From Octopus bimaculoides (taxonomy: Eukaryota): a stretch of DNA of 47,805 nucleotides. Below the pieces are notes generated by a model. That model was not told the DNA's origin. It did no database searches and worked only from the letters and a program-made list of their open reading frames with translations. The stretch lies in assembly GCF_001194135.2 (NCBI RefSeq), contig NC_068989.1:33246366-33294170 (forward strand), given 5' to 3'. Below are positions 11,387 to 24,137 of this stretch, piece after piece (the stretch's first letter is position 1; each line of letters begins with the position of its first letter). The position numbers and the translations under genes were made by a program.

Positions 11387-12554
11387 TATGAACATATAAT
11401 AATAAATTGGATACAGATGTGTAAGATAACATTCCCTGGATGAGCTCTAGATGCATTAACAGTAATTTGATCTGGAGTCATTAGATGTTTTGTATCTTTC
11501 AGCATCAGACACCCTCATCCAGGCAGCCCAGCCAAGGTTAATCAGATTGACACATGCACACTAATGAAAGTGTGATTCTGTGCTGTGGTATCATCAAAGA
11601 ATATAAACATTGACTGAACAAACCTTTTGTTTGGAATATACCATGCCTCTGGTAGGCTGAGGATGACAATATTCAATGATGAACTGTATAGGTACTATGT
11701 GACAGTCAGGACATATATTCTTTCCATTATTCAGTCTATTTCTGTATGTCTTTAGATTCTGGTGATAAGTCCCATGTGAGTGAAATTTTATTGTCAGAAA
11801 CTAAATCGAAGTTTGTTAAAAGGACTAGCCCTGTTCTTGAGTGAATACTTAACCTGTTACTAAGTTTAATATCACTTGGCCCTCTGTTGCAAGTATTCAG
11901 TCCAACTCTCCAAGGCTGAAGATAACTTCCTCTCTTCCACCAGCCAGTCTTCATTACTCTAAAAAGGGTCATGAGCACAGTTCATTCTAGAAGACTTCAT
12001 AAAAAATAAGTTTGAGGTATTTTGTGAGAAAATGAAGGAACCTTGATCAGGTCAGTCTGAGCAAAGCTATAACATGGTGGGAGCTGTTCAGATAAGCAAT
12101 TAGGTAATTTGTATGTGAACATCCTTTATTGTAGATCTAGCCTTCCAAAAGGTTAGGATATGAAGCACTTAAAATGGTTTTCATTTTCTGAAATAATTAA
12201 AAGTTTGTTGGGACAATATTCTCTACTAGAATGATCAACTATGTTATTGTTATCATTCTAGATTCTTGAAGATATGCTTCAGATGCATTAGCTACCACTG
12301 CACTGGATGACAGCCAAACTGGTTAACACAGATTCAAGAAATAATAGATTTCCTCCACAGCAGACTTGAACTTTCTGGAATTCAGAATTTCCATATTTTA
12401 GAGCTTCATTAGCATCAACCTTTCTTTTCTGATCAGGTTTTGTTCACTAGAAGCTTTAAAGCTTATTACTATTGCCATCCATAGCAATACACTATACTTC
12501 TTTCCATGGCACACCTGAAAAGGTTATTTTTGCGAAAGTTCTGATTTTCTCTGT

Positions 12555-12640
12555 ATCTTCATCATCGTTGTCATTGTCATCATCATCATTTAATTTCCAT
12601 TTTCGAAACCATCCAGCTTCTCATTGACTCTCATCAAAAT
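12555..12640 (-). mobile_element. RTE-type 3' tail fragment
   Basis: CATCATCATCATTTAATTTCCATTTT...CATCCAGC is the reverse complement of the RTE (GAT)n tail. Confidence 0.55.
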
Positions 12641-12654
12641 CTACTCGAAAAAGT

Positions 12655-12830
12655 GAAAAAAAGAAAACTGAAATGGTATGGCCATATAATAAGATCCAAT
12701 GACCTTGCAAAAAAACATTCAAGAAACTGTGGAGGGGGGCAGGAAGAAGAGATGATCAAAGAAAAAGATGGACAGATAGTATCAAGGAATGAACAGGCAA
12801 ATTGTTTACAAGGCCCTGATCCCTAATTCT
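12655..12830 (+). mobile_element. RTE/BovB-like LINE C-terminal fragment (different subfamily)
   Basis: RKLKWYGHIIRSNDLAK...TVEGGRK.R.DQRKRWTDSIKE* with frameshifts. Confidence 0.65.
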
Positions 12831-13039
12831 GTCATGACTGTCTCTACAACTCCATTAGAGTTGAGAGCCCAAAGCAAGATGTGTTATATCACAGCTAGCT
12901 TAGTGACAAACAGGTTCCCTTTACCTTTTGCATGGCTACTCCATACCTTCTCCACCCTGGCCTATCTGAGATTCTTACTGCATCTTACATAGTAGACCTA
13001 CAGATTATTAATACACTCCTCACAAACATCTCCTGCACA

Positions 13040-13150
13040 CTCATAATCATCATCATCATTGTTTTTACATCCATTTTTCCATGTTGGCCTGTGTTAGATG
13101 AAGCTTATTGAGACAAATTTCTATGGCTGGATGTTGTTACTGTTGCAACA
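13040..13150 (-). mobile_element. RTE-type 3' tail fragment
   Basis: (CAT)n-TGTTTTTACATCCATTTTTCCATGTTGGC...TTCTATGGCTGGATG. Confidence 0.6.
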
Positions 13151-13411
13151 AGAAAGTTGTGAACCATTTCTCAATTTTTTAAATAAGATTGTTTTTCATT
13201 TAAGTGGTCCTCACACATCCACCAAATTACAGAAAAGTTGTCTGCCAGAGAAAAACAATTTCACTGTCTTTTATTCTAACAATGCTAAAGATGACATGAA
13301 ACTGACATTCATGCACACAAATTCTCTCTCTCTTTCTCTCTCCCTCCCTCCCCCCTCTCTCTCTTACACACATACACATGTTTATACATACATATATTAA
13401 GTATATAAATA

Positions 13412-13572
13412 GGTGCAGACTGTGTAGTTAAAAAGTTTGTTTCCAAACTATGTTGTTTCAGGTTCAATCTCACAGCAAGACACCTTGGGCAATTGTCTTC
13501 TACAAGAGCCTTGCGCTGCCCAAGGCCTTGCAAATGAATTTGGTAAACAAAAATTGTATGAAGCCTATTGTA
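13412..13572 (+). mobile_element. SINE family A 5' half
   Basis: GGTGCAG..CAGGTTCAATCTCAC..GACACCTTGGGCAATTGTCTTCTAC..GAATTTGGTAAAC, a diverged match to 16632-16795. Confidence 0.75.
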
Positions 13573-13850
13573 TATTCTTTTATTCCCTTGCTTCTTTCAA
13601 TCAATTAGACTGTGGCCACTAAGTTACTGGGACATAAACACACCAGCATTGGTTGTCAAGCAGTGGTGGTGGGAAAACACAGACACTAAGGCCACACATA
13701 CATACATGTATGCACACACACACACACATGTATATATACAAAGGGCTTCTTTTAGTTTCCTTTTACCAAATCCATTTGCAAAGCTTTGGTCAGTCCAAGG
13801 CTATAGTAGGAAGCATTTGCCCAAGGTGCCACACAGTGTGACTGAACCTG
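13573..13850 (-). mobile_element. SINE family A, internally deleted, inverted relative to neighbour
   Basis: Reverse complement contains GGTTCAGTCACACTGTGTGGCACCTTGGGCAAATGCTTCCTACTATAGCC, the central (TA/TG)n, TTGACAACCAATGCTGGTGTGTTTATGTCCC and part of the tail. Confidence 0.8.
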
Positions 13851-14663
13851 AATGTGTATATGTGTGTATGTGTTCACTTATTCACATACACACACACACA
13901 CACACACACATATAGTATACTGTTCTTTTTCTTTTTCCTTTCATTTTCCAGTATTTTCACCCTTCCACATTTTACATCAACCTTCTCATCTTTTCTCCTA
14001 TTTTAGCTTGTAGACACCAGATGTGTTATAAAATGCTGTCTGAGTCATTTTCATTGCATGAAATTATTAGTAACTCATAAAAATATATACTGTGTTCATT
14101 ATATAAAGCAAATAAGTAACAAGGATATCCGGGTATCAATGAATTATGGCCATTTCAAGCAGCTCCATTTAATTGACCAATGCAAACATTACATCAGTTT
14201 GAAAGAAACCACTCTCCTCAGATGAAGACGACCATATAGATTTCCAATATAAAAGATAAACCATTTTTTAGCACAATTTACATCAGTACTAGAAACCAAA
14301 ACACTTACATTGCTTCCCTTTGCTATGCTTGTGGTAGAATGAATTTAGGGAAAAATGTATTTCTAAAGCCTAGTATAATTTAGAGAGTAGCAGAGGAAAA
14401 TAGTGGGGGTCAAGAAAAAGGAATGGTGAGATAGTTAATTTATCTTTATCTTTATTTATAAGATTTTATGCAGCATATAGCCTGGGATTTGACAGTTAAG
14501 TTCCAGTTGATTGTGATAAATTAATTAATGTTAGATACTCTCCCCGACCCTTATTTTACTGGAACCATATATCTAGCTTTATCAACACACACACACACAT
14601 ATATATATATATAAAATGTACACAGGTAATGGATATTTATACATTTTGTTCCAGTCAGCTTAC

Positions 14664-14799
14664 ATGTGTGTCTGATAAAATTTTGGAGAGACCTAGTTCC
14701 CAAGTGCAATAATCACATTAATCACTCCATAATGGATCAATTCAATAAAGTAGAGCACAGGCTTACTCCTTTAATTTCTTCAGAGCTACAGTATACTGG
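14664..14799 (-). pseudogene. Decayed exon-like module, copy 1
   Basis: TTGGCAG|CCAGTATACTG...TCAGACACACAT|GTAAGC. Inverted homolog of 15494-15633, with in-frame stops. Confidence 0.5.
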
Positions 14800-15493
14800 C
14801 TGCCAAGCACAAAGTTTGACCAAAAGGGTGGTGGTAGTAGTAACTAGGTAATCTATTTTAAGCATGTAATTGGCCAGTGCCAAACTGGCAACAAGGAAGG
14901 GGATCAACTATCATAGTAAGCATCAAAGTTCTGCATATCTGACCAGGAAAGAATGTAGAAATAAGAAAAGTTAAAGAGAATATTTGATTGTTAGATATTT
15001 TAAATAAAAAGGGATTTAAACGAACTATCTGATAATACCAACTTATTAAATACGCCAGAGTCACTACAGTATTGCACAAAGAAATGGCAGATGGGATTCT
15101 AGTTATAAATCTATTTTCAAAAGAAGGATTTTAAAATTTTATTAAATAAGTGATTACATCATAACATAATGATTGTTCAATATAAGAATAAGCAATGATT
15201 CTTTGAAGCATAGGTTGTACCTTACTTTTCCCACATCATTTAGTAGAGCACTATTCAATATTGACCATTAAATATCATATTTAATATTATCTTTAAGTTC
15301 CCAGATAAATTTATTCCTATGTCTAAATGTAGAAACATAGTTATAACATTAGAATTTAAATTCAATTGCACAAGCACCAATGTGACAGTGAATATGTTAT
15401 TCTATTGTAACTGAATGCATTTAAACAAAGTTTTCCCTAAGATTGATTTAGCAGTGGCTAAATACATGCCTAAAATAGATGACTATTTTGCAG

Positions 15494-15840
15494 CCAGTAT
15501 GCTGTAGCTCTGAAGAAAATGAAGGAGCAAGTCTGTTCTGTATTTCATTCAATTGATTAACTATGGATCAATTGACAAATGTAATTATTGCACTAGGGAA
15601 CTAGGTCTCTCCAAAATTTTATCAGAAACACGTGTGAGCATAAATATCCATTATCTACATTCTCTACATACTCTGTAACAACATGCCAATTTTACATGAC
15701 AACCAAATCTTAGATTTACAGAGTGGATAGAAGACAGTTTGCTGAGTTCAGATTGTTTGAATTTTTACATCTATTACAGAACAAATTTGTCAGTTTCATG
15801 TATCTTTCTGTAGTCTATTAAGTATTTCACCTGGATTATT
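15494..15840 (+). pseudogene. Decayed exon-intron-exon module, copy 2
   Basis: TTTTGCAG|CCAGTATGCTG...CAGAAACACGT|GTGAGC, 180-bp intron, CTGTAG|TCTATTAAGTATTTCACCTGGATT. Stops present. Confidence 0.5.
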
Positions 15841-15923
15841 AATCCCTTTTTCCGTTATATATATTTATATATATATATAAAAACATACGCACACACACAC
15901 ACACTTTATATACTTTATATATA

Positions 15924-16625
15924 TTCAGGGTGCGGTGAATAAACTGTTGTCTAAATTACACAAAACTGAAAATAACACTGACATCTCATTTTAACAGATA
16001 TATTTACCAAAATTACATAAAAATATCTTGAAATAATAAAGAGTAAATGTATTCAATAAAATCGCCATTGGCTTCAACCACAGCCTCCAGATGACTTCAG
16101 GATCTTCTGCAACTCTTCTGGACAGTCTCCTTGTTTAAGTTGGTGAATGCTGCCATAATCCTTACCTTCAGTTCATCTTTGGTGCTACAAGGAGTTTTGT
16201 TGGTCTCTCACTCAACTGTGCCCCACACATAATAATCAAGGGGGTTTCAGTGTAGGAAGTTATGTGGCCAGATGTTAAGGGCGATATGATTGCAAAAATT
16301 GTCTGACAGCCATGACTGGGTTCTCCTGCTTGTGTGGCATGGTGCCGAGTCCTGTTGCCAGACATAGGGTCTTCCAGCAGCTACCCTCTTGACCCACGAC
16401 AGCACTACCTCCTCCAGACACTTGATGTAGGCCTCTGTGTTGAGTCTGAAGCCGTGTGGGAAAATGAATGGAGACATAACATCACTATCACTGGTGATCA
16501 CTCCAAACATCATGATATTGACTGGATATCACATTTTTATCACTCTCGGTACATGTTCGTATTGGAGCTTCCAGCACAAATGCCAAGCAGCACAGCATGT
16601 TGTTTCTAAATTTCTGGCAGAGTGA
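15924..16625 (-). mobile_element. maT-family (DD37D) Tc1/mariner relic, 3' half
   Basis: YVWQQDSAPCHTSRRTQSWL...IWPHNFLH*NPLDYYVWG with 37 residues between the aspartates. C-terminus HLEAVVEANGDFIE*. Terminus TA|TTCAGGGTGCGGTGAATAAA. The 5' part is missing beyond the SINE at 16632. Confidence 0.85.
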
Positions 16626-16631
16626 ATTGTG

Positions 16632-17015
16632 GGCGCAGGAGTGGCTGTGTGGAAAGTAGCTTGCTTACCAGCCACATGGTTCCGGGTTCATTCCCACTGC
16701 ATGGCACCTTGGGCAAGTGTCTTCTACTATAGCCTCGGGCCGACCAAAGCCTTGTGAGTGGATTTGGTAGACAGAAACTGAAAGAAGCCTGTCGTATATA
16801 TGTTTATATATATATATGTATGTCTGTGTTTGTCCCCCCAACATCGCTTGACAACTGATGCTGGTGTGTTTACGTCCCCGTAACTTAGCGGTTCGGCAAA
16901 AGAGACCGATAGAATAAGTACTAGGCATCCAAAGAATAAGTCCTGGGGTCGATTTACTCGACTAAAGGCGGTGCTCCAGCATGGCCACAGTCAAATGACT
17001 GAAACAAGTAAAAGA
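16632..17015 (+). mobile_element. Full-length tRNA-headed SINE family A
   Basis: GGCGCAGGAGTGGCTGTGTGG head with B-box-like GGTTCATTCCC; GGCACCTTGGGCAAGTGTCTTCT core; central (TA)n; tail AAGGCGGTGCTCCAGCATGGCCACAGTCAAATGACTGAAACAAGTAAAAGAG. Confidence 0.9.
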
Positions 17016-17084
17016 GTATATATATATATGTGTGTGTGTGTGTGTTATTGATAACAAAGAGGAGAGTGGAGATTTATTGAACCT

Positions 17085-17262
17085 ATATACAGTCCACTCT
17101 GCTGGATGGTTGGTATTAGGAAGGGCATCCAACTGTTAAAACCCAGCCAAAACAGACACAGAAATCTTGTGCAGGCTCCTGCCTGGCTTGTTCCTGTGAA
17201 ACCATTCAACCCATGCCAGCATGGAAGGTAGATATTAAATGATGATGAAGATGATGATGATA
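17085..17262 (+). mobile_element. RTE-type 3' UTR/tail fragment
   Basis: GGTTGGTATTAGGAAGGGCATCCAACTG...ACCCATGCCAGCATGGAA..ATTAAATGATGATG. Confidence 0.8.
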
Positions 17263-17279
17263 TATATAAGTATATAAAG

Positions 17280-17320
<41 letters not shown>

Positions 17321-17727
17321 NNNNNNNNNNNNNNNNNNNNNNNNNNNNNNNNNNNNNNNNNNNNNNNNNNNNNNNNNNNNNNNNNNNNNNNNNNNNNNNN
17401 NNNNNNNNNNNNNNNNNNNNNNNNNNNNNNNNNNNNNNNNNNNNNNNNNNNNNNNNNNNNNNNNNNNNNNNNNNNNNNNNNNNNNNNNNNNNNNNNNNNN
17501 NNNNNNNNNNNNNNNNNNNNNNNNNNNNNNNNNNNNNNNNNNNNNNNNNNNNNNNNNNNNNNNNNNNNNNNNNNNNNNNNNNNNNNNNNNNNNNNNNNNN
17601 NNNNNNNNNNNNNNNNNNNNNNNNNNNNNNNNNNNNNNNNNNNNNNNNNNNNNNNNNNNNNNNNNNNNNNNNNNNNNNNNNNNNNNNNNNNNNNNNNNNN
17701 NNNNNNNNNNNNNNNNNNNNNNNNNNN
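17321..17727. other. Assembly gap flanked by (TA)n/(TG)n
   Basis: N run. Confidence 1.
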
Positions 17728-17741
17728 TATACTTTATATGC

Positions 17742-17775
<34 letters not shown>

Positions 17776-17819
17776 TACACATATACATATATTTATGAAA
17801 TAGAGAGAAAAATGAGTTG

Positions 17820-18100
17820 TATCATCATCATCATCATCATCATCATTTAACATCCATCTTCCATGCATGCATGGGTAGGACAGATAACAGGAGCTGGCCA
17901 AGTAGAAAGCTACCCAACGCTACTGTGTCTGTTTTGGGCAGGGATTTTATAGCTGGATGCCCTTCCTAACACCAATCACTCCGCAGAATGGACTCAGATA
18001 AACTTAGTTTTGGCAAGATTTTTACAGCTGGATGCCCTTCTAGGTGCCAACTACATTACAGTATGAACTGGATGCTTTTAACATGGCACCAGCACTGGCA
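17820..18100 (-). mobile_element. RTE-type 3' tail fragment with internal duplication
   Basis: (ATC)n-ATTTAACATCCAT..; AGCTGGATGCCCTTC occurs twice (~17951 and ~18026). Confidence 0.75.
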
Positions 18101-18599
18101 GAGTAACCAAGTAACTCACAAGATAAGGAATTATGGGAGGGACAGGGCAATTGTGTAAGAGGATGAAAGTTAGAGTGTGACAAAGAGACAGAGAGACAGA
18201 AGCAGGTGTCTTGCCACAACAGAGGAGGCATCTGAAGAGGTGATCCAGTATCAAATGATAAAAGGTTAGAATGTAACAGAGAAATAAAGAGGCAGAAATA
18301 GATGTATTGCTATAGAGGAGATACATGGATACCCAGTGAGTGAGAGAGAGGTACAGAAAGAGGCCAGAAACAAGTGTGCTGATGTAAAGGTGCTTGGGTA
18401 TACTCACAAGTAACAAGAATATGATTGTAGAACCTGGTTAGAAAAATAAGGAGTGGGGTGGGGAACAGTGATACAATGTGCAGGGCAGTGAGGGCAAGAA
18501 AAGGGATTGGAAAACAATCATAATGTATGAGGAGGAAGAGGAAGATGCAATTAGAAGAGTTACAGTTTGATTTCTTAGGGTAGAGTGGATGAAAAGTGT

Positions 18600-19441
18600 G
18601 TTGTTACATGTGGGTAGGACACAATTCTTCTAGAACTCAGTTTCATGGACAAGTCTTCCCTAGGACCTCATATCACCAAACATCTCAGTCTACTGTCATT
18701 TCCCATGATTCCACTGCATCTCTTATGTGTCCATAAATTACACTTGGTGCAGCAAATGGAATTACATCCCTCTTCTATCCTACATATTGAACAGGGTCAT
18801 TTGCCAGCCAGAATGAAAGTCTTATCTCCTTTCTCACTAAAAATCACTTTAGTCTTAGCTAAGTTAACTTTAAGGCCCTTTGCTTCCAAACCTGGAACTT
18901 CTCCAATTCTGCTTCAGATTCTGCAATAAGAGCAAGATCATCATCATATAGTAGTTCCCATGGGCATCCAGTTTTGAATTCATCTGTTATGGCCTGGAGA
19001 ACTATGATAAATAAGAGTGGACTAAGGACTGATCTCTGATGTACTCCAACTTGTATGTTAAATTCATCACAATATTCAAGGCCAACTCTCACCTTACTGA
19101 CAGCATCACTGTACATGGCTTGAACTGCTCTAACAAGCTACTCCTCTATTCCAAGTTTCCTTAAAGACCACCAAATAAGAGAGTGGGGAACCCTATCGAA
19201 AGCTTTCTCCAGGTTGACAAAGGCTAAGTACAATGGCTTACTTTTCTTGCAACTGTCTCACTATGAAGATGGCATCTGTGGTACTTCTCCCAGGAACAAA
19301 ACAAAACTGCATCTCATCTAGTTTAATTCTATTTCTAATTAATTGATATATAACTCTCTCTGTAATTTTCATGAACTGATCCAGCAGTTTGATACCTCTG
19401 TAGTTGTTTTTGTGTATACTTCCCTGACATTTTCTTAAAAT
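18600..19441 (-). mobile_element. RTE LINE RT fragment, host of the Mag insertion
   Basis: NNYRGIKLLDQ..LDEMQFCFVPGRSTTDAIFIVRQLQEK; VHQRSVLSPLLFII; WELLYDDDLAL (YADD region). Confidence 0.9.
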
Positions 19442-19655
19442 ATATTTGTTATAGGGATGATAATAATAATGATAATGGAACACCCCTCCCACATGACAAG
19501 TGGTATATGCTAGTTGTTATAAATATTGTGACGTAGGAAGTCAAGTCGTCAACAAAGTTGGTCATAGATAGTTGTGTCTTTACTTGCTTAACTAACCATG
19601 CTGTTATACCAGAGTGAAGGTTATAACAGTCTCATGTTGGATTATAACAGTGGCG

Positions 19656-19750
19656 ATGAGGAATTAACAAACTCATGAGGAATTAACAAACTTATGAGGA
19701 ATTAACAAACTCATGAGGATTAAACAAACTCACAAGGAGTTACAAAACTC
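19656..19750 (+). repeat. 19-bp tandem repeat x5 overlapping the PBS
   Basis: ATGAGGAATTAACAAACTC units at 19656, 19675, 19694, 19713 and a degenerate one at 19732. Confidence 0.95.
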
Positions 19751-19796
19751 ACAAAAGTTTTTGTGTGGATTTCATGATATACAAAATCATAAAATT

Positions 19797-22700
19797 ATGG
19801 AAGAATTGTTAGCCGGTTTGCTCAAGATGCAAAAACAGCAACAACTACTGCAAGAACAACAACAGTAACAACAATAACTGCAAGAACAACAACAACAATT
19901 ACTGTTACAGCAGTAAATAATGCAATTAATGAATAGTAAGTCATCCAAAAATGCTGAAAAGATGTTCTCACCAGATTATGTTGCAAACTCAATAACAGAA
20001 TTCAGGTATGAACCAGATGAAGGAGTTACCTTCGAGGTGTACTATGAACAGATCTTCAATAAAGAGAGCAAAGATTGGGATGACAATATGAAAATGCATC
20101 TAATCCTAAGAAAACTGGCAGCAGGAGAACATGAGCATTACAGCAATTATGTACTCCCCAAAAAATCTTATGACAAACTTTAGAAATACAATAGACATCT
20201 TGTGTAAAATTTTTAGTGAGAAAAGCTTGTTGTTCAATACTCACTGGAAATGTTTGAAGCTAGAAGAGAACAATTAGGAGGACTACATCACATATGCTAG
20301 TAGTTAGCAGAGAATGTGAAAAGTTCAAACTGGATGAGTTAATGCCAGACATGTTCAAGTGCCTGATATTTACTTAGGGGCTAACTGCAGGAAAAGACAC
20401 AGAGGTAAGAACAAGAATTTTCACTAAGCTGGGACAAAACCAAGCTGTAACCTTACAAGTGTCAGAAGAGTGTGAAAGAATAGTAAATTTAAGACACAAC
20501 AGAAAATTGAACATAAAGATTACTTATTCTTTTATATATTTCAGCCCAAATGTTAACAAATGCATCGGGAAATACAAAACAGGCAGAATAGAAATCAAGC
20601 TTGTACTAAAATACAGTACAAACAGGACAAAAGTCAGGAAACAAACCCATGTTTTACATGTGGAGGTCTACACCTGAGAAAAAACTGCCCATTTAAGAAA
20701 GTGGAATGTTTCTGTTGTGGAAAAATTGGACACAAAAAAGCACACTGTAAAACCAAGATGACAAAACGTTGGAACAAAGAAAAAAGAGTAAACAAGATGT
20801 TGAAAGAAAATGGTAATGTGACAAAGAGGAAATTCATAAATATGAAAATTGAAAATATAAGAGTAAAAATGCAGTTAGATACTGGAAGTGATATTACCAT
20901 TGTGAATGAAGAAACTTAGAAGTATATCGGTAAATCTATAAAAGTAGCACATGGTATTACAGGTAAAAGATTGTATTTTGTAGGTGAATTTGTGTGTAAT
21001 GTGACATTTAAGGACCAAATAAAAATGGCAAAAGTATATGTGTTAAAAAATTCAGTAAATTTGTTCAGCACAGAGTCGATGGAACTGTTCAAATTGTGAA
21101 ATACACCCATAAGTGTTTTGCGTGGAAATATTGTCAGTTCAGTCAAAGGTTCAAATGTGGTTGAGGGATTGAAATGAAAAATAAAACATTTATTCCCAGA
21201 TATTTTCTCAGATGAACTGGGCTGCTGCATAAAAACAAAGGCAAAAATTGTTGTAAAACAAAGTGCAACACCTGTATTTAAGCCAAAATGGAATGTACTG
21301 TTCGCAGCACTAGAACAGGTAAATAAGGAACTTGAAAGACTTGAAAGCCTAGGAATAATCAAGAAGACAGACCACTCGGATTGGGCAGCACCTACAGTCT
21401 ACATAAAAAAGAAAAATAATAAGTTACAAGTTTGTGCAGATTTTTCAATGCGTTTAAATGATTGCTTAAGCTTACATAACCACCAATTGTCGAGTCCTGA
21501 GGAAGTGTTTGCAAAATCGAATGGAGGGAAATTCTTGTCAAAATTAGACCTCTTGAAGGCATACTTACAAATCCAAATAGAAGAAGAATGCTCACACTTA
21601 TTAGCTATTAATACACACCGTGGCTTATTTAAATTTAAGCAGCTCCCCTCCAGTGTAAAAGTGGCTCCTTCCATATTTCAACAAGTAATAGATACAATGC
21701 TGGCAAACTGTGGTTTTGATATCACCTATTTAGACAATATCCTAATAAAAAGTGAATCACACAAGCAACATGTAGAACACGTAAAAAGAATATTAGAAAA
21801 GATGAGAGAATACAGCTTTAAGCTAAGTGAGAAAAAATGTGAGTTCTTTCTGAAAAAAATTGAATATTTGGGCCAGATCCATCTAGACCAGCTGAGATAA
21901 AAAATATGTCCACACCAAATAATGTGACTATGCGACAAGCATTTTTAGGACTAGTAAATTACTACCAAATTTGTATTCCCAATATACACGATGTAAGGGC
22001 CCCACTAAATGATTTGTCAAAGAAAAATGCAAAATGGTACTGGACTGATAAGTGCCAGAAGGCATTCAATAAATTAAAAAACATTTTAATGACGAACTTA
22101 TTGCTAATGCATTTTGATCTGAAGCTGGATATTATATTGGCTACAGATGCGAATGATTATGGTGTAGGAGTAGTGCTTCTGCACAAATATGACAATGGGA
22201 GTAATAAAATTATAGCCCATGCGTTATGATCATTATTACCAGCAGAAAGGAACTACAACCAAATAGAAAAGGAAGTGTTAGCAATTATATTTGGGGTAAA
22301 TAAATTCCATAGATTTATTCATGGAAGAAGTTTCTGTCTACAAATGGATCACTGTCCACTACAGTCGATATACAGTTCTAAAAAAGGAATACCAACACAA
22401 AGGAATACCATTGACTAGAGCAATGGGGCACAACATTATTGAATTATGATTTCAAAATGGAATATTTACTGTCAAAGAAATTGAGGCATGCAGATTTTTT
22501 GTTCAGACTGATACCGAAATACTGTGAGCCATTCGAAGATACAGTAATCGCAGCATTAAGTTCAGAAGGAGAAATAAAGAATGTAATGTGGAATGTGATA
22601 TGCAAATTACCAGTGACCCTAGAAGACATAAAACAAAATGCAGAAAAGGACAAATTCATAACAGAAATGAAAAGAATACTGTGGACAAGAAAAGTAAATA

Positions 22701-23600
22701 GGAACAAGATTCGTATGAAACGAAATCAAGACATGAACTTATACTCAATTTATGATAGTGTGCTGATGTATGCACAGAGAGTACTAATATCTGAAACACT
22801 GCAAAAGAAAATGTTGAGGGAATTCCATGTTGGACATCTTGGTATTTTGAAGATGAAAGCTCTAATGTGTAGCTATGTGTACTGGCCAAAAATGGATAGA
22901 GAAATTGAAAATTTAGTGAAAGGCTGAAGAGGATGTGCTCTAGCAGTAAAATTACTGACAATGAAAAGTGAACCTTGACCAAAAGTAGATGTTCCGTGGT
23001 TGAGACTACACATTGATTTCACTGGTCCCTTAAACGGTTCATACTATTTAGTGGTAGTAGATAGTTTCTCTAAATAGCCAGAAATTTGTAAGTGTAAAAA
23101 GCCAACCTCCTCAACTACGACAAACTTTCTACATGAGCTGTTTGCAAGATTTGGCATCCCAGACACTATAGTGTCTAACAATGGAATGCAGTTTGTGTCT
23201 ATTGAGTTTAAAAAGTTTTGTAAAACATTTGCTGCGCCACACCATCCCAGATCTAACAGACAAGCAGAACGCTTTGTTGATACGTTCAAGAGAATCAAAA
23301 GAGGAAGTCACAGATGACGTAGCTCTACAATTCCTAAGAGTATACTGAGTGGCACCAAATCCAAACACACCAACAGGTATGTCACCAACAGAGCTGATGT
23401 TTGTGAGGAAAATAAAATTAGTCTTCAACAAATTACTACCTGGTAAGAAAAGAAAAATTGCAATGGATAATACAGCAAGATATTTCAAAATTGGTGAAAA
23501 CGTATTTGTCAGGCCATATAAGAATAGAAAACGAAGTTGGGAAGACAGTGAACGCATAGGAAAAATGCTATACTTGGTAAAAAGAAGAAAATAGGTGTAC
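19797..23600 (+). pseudogene. Mag-type gag-pol pseudogene
   Basis: MEELLAGLLKMQKQQQ... start. ORF-track fragments 19920-20183, 20560-20919, 21448-21900, 21906-22229, 22439-22927. Many stops and frameshifts. Confidence 0.9.
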
Positions 23601-24137
23601 AAGAGACATATAAATCAATTAAAAAAAGACTCACTGAGAGCAAACCCAAGAGAATGGAAGAACCAATGGAATGGTTATATGATACTTTTGAAGTACTAAC
23701 ATCACTACAAATAATTGAACCCAGACACACAAGCGAAAGAAAAAGAAAATGCATGGAGTTCTTGGAAGGGGATGTCAAATGCAATAAATATCAAATTTGT
23801 AACTGTATGGAAAAAACCCCCTCTAAAACGCGAGGTGGGAGTGATGTAAAAATTATTGTTAATGAAAAGAAATAAGATTACATTCCTCGACAAAAAAAAG
23901 ATCAGAAGGGGAGATGTGGCAGATAATAATAATGATAATAACAGAACATCTCTCCCACATGATGAGTGGTATGTGCTAGTCATTATAAATACTGTGACAT
24001 AGGAAGTTGAGTTGTTGAGAAGTCGGCAAAGTCGGTCATAGATAATCGTGTCTTTACTTGTCTAACTATACTGCTATACCGGAGTGGATGTTATAACAGT
24101 CCAATGTTGGATTACAACAATATTAATAATTGCCAAT

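Larger units (their letters stand above)
19447..24119 (+). mobile_element. Full-length but inactivated Ty3/Gypsy (Mag-type) LTR retrotransposon
   Basis: 5' LTR 19447-19649 and 3' LTR 23915-24119 (TG..CA, roughly 80% identical by eye). 5-bp TSD ATATT at 19442-46 and 24120-24. PBS TGGCGATGAGGA. PPT AGAAGGGGAGA. Gag with two CCHC knuckles (CFTCGGLH..C, CFCCGKIGH..C), protease LDTG, RT YLDNILI, RNase H LATDA, integrase with degenerate HHCC/DDE. Confidence 0.95.

Noticed and set aside
11736-11978. piggyBac assignment based on a DN-like motif (VSDNKISL)
   Set aside because: No other piggyBac motifs (DESM, GKP.K.G.K, YN..MGGVD) were found, so it is left unassigned.
12545-12650. Acidic exon (DDDDNDNDDED) with an apparent acceptor
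   Set aside because: The Asp run is an RTE (GAT)n tail, and the apparent polypyrimidine tract is the antisense of a BovB-like fragment.
17045-17850. Long ORF-track entries spanning N runs (also 26453-26854 and 44430-45088)
   Set aside because: Artefacts of gaps and of (TA)n/(TG)n translating as YI/CV repeats.
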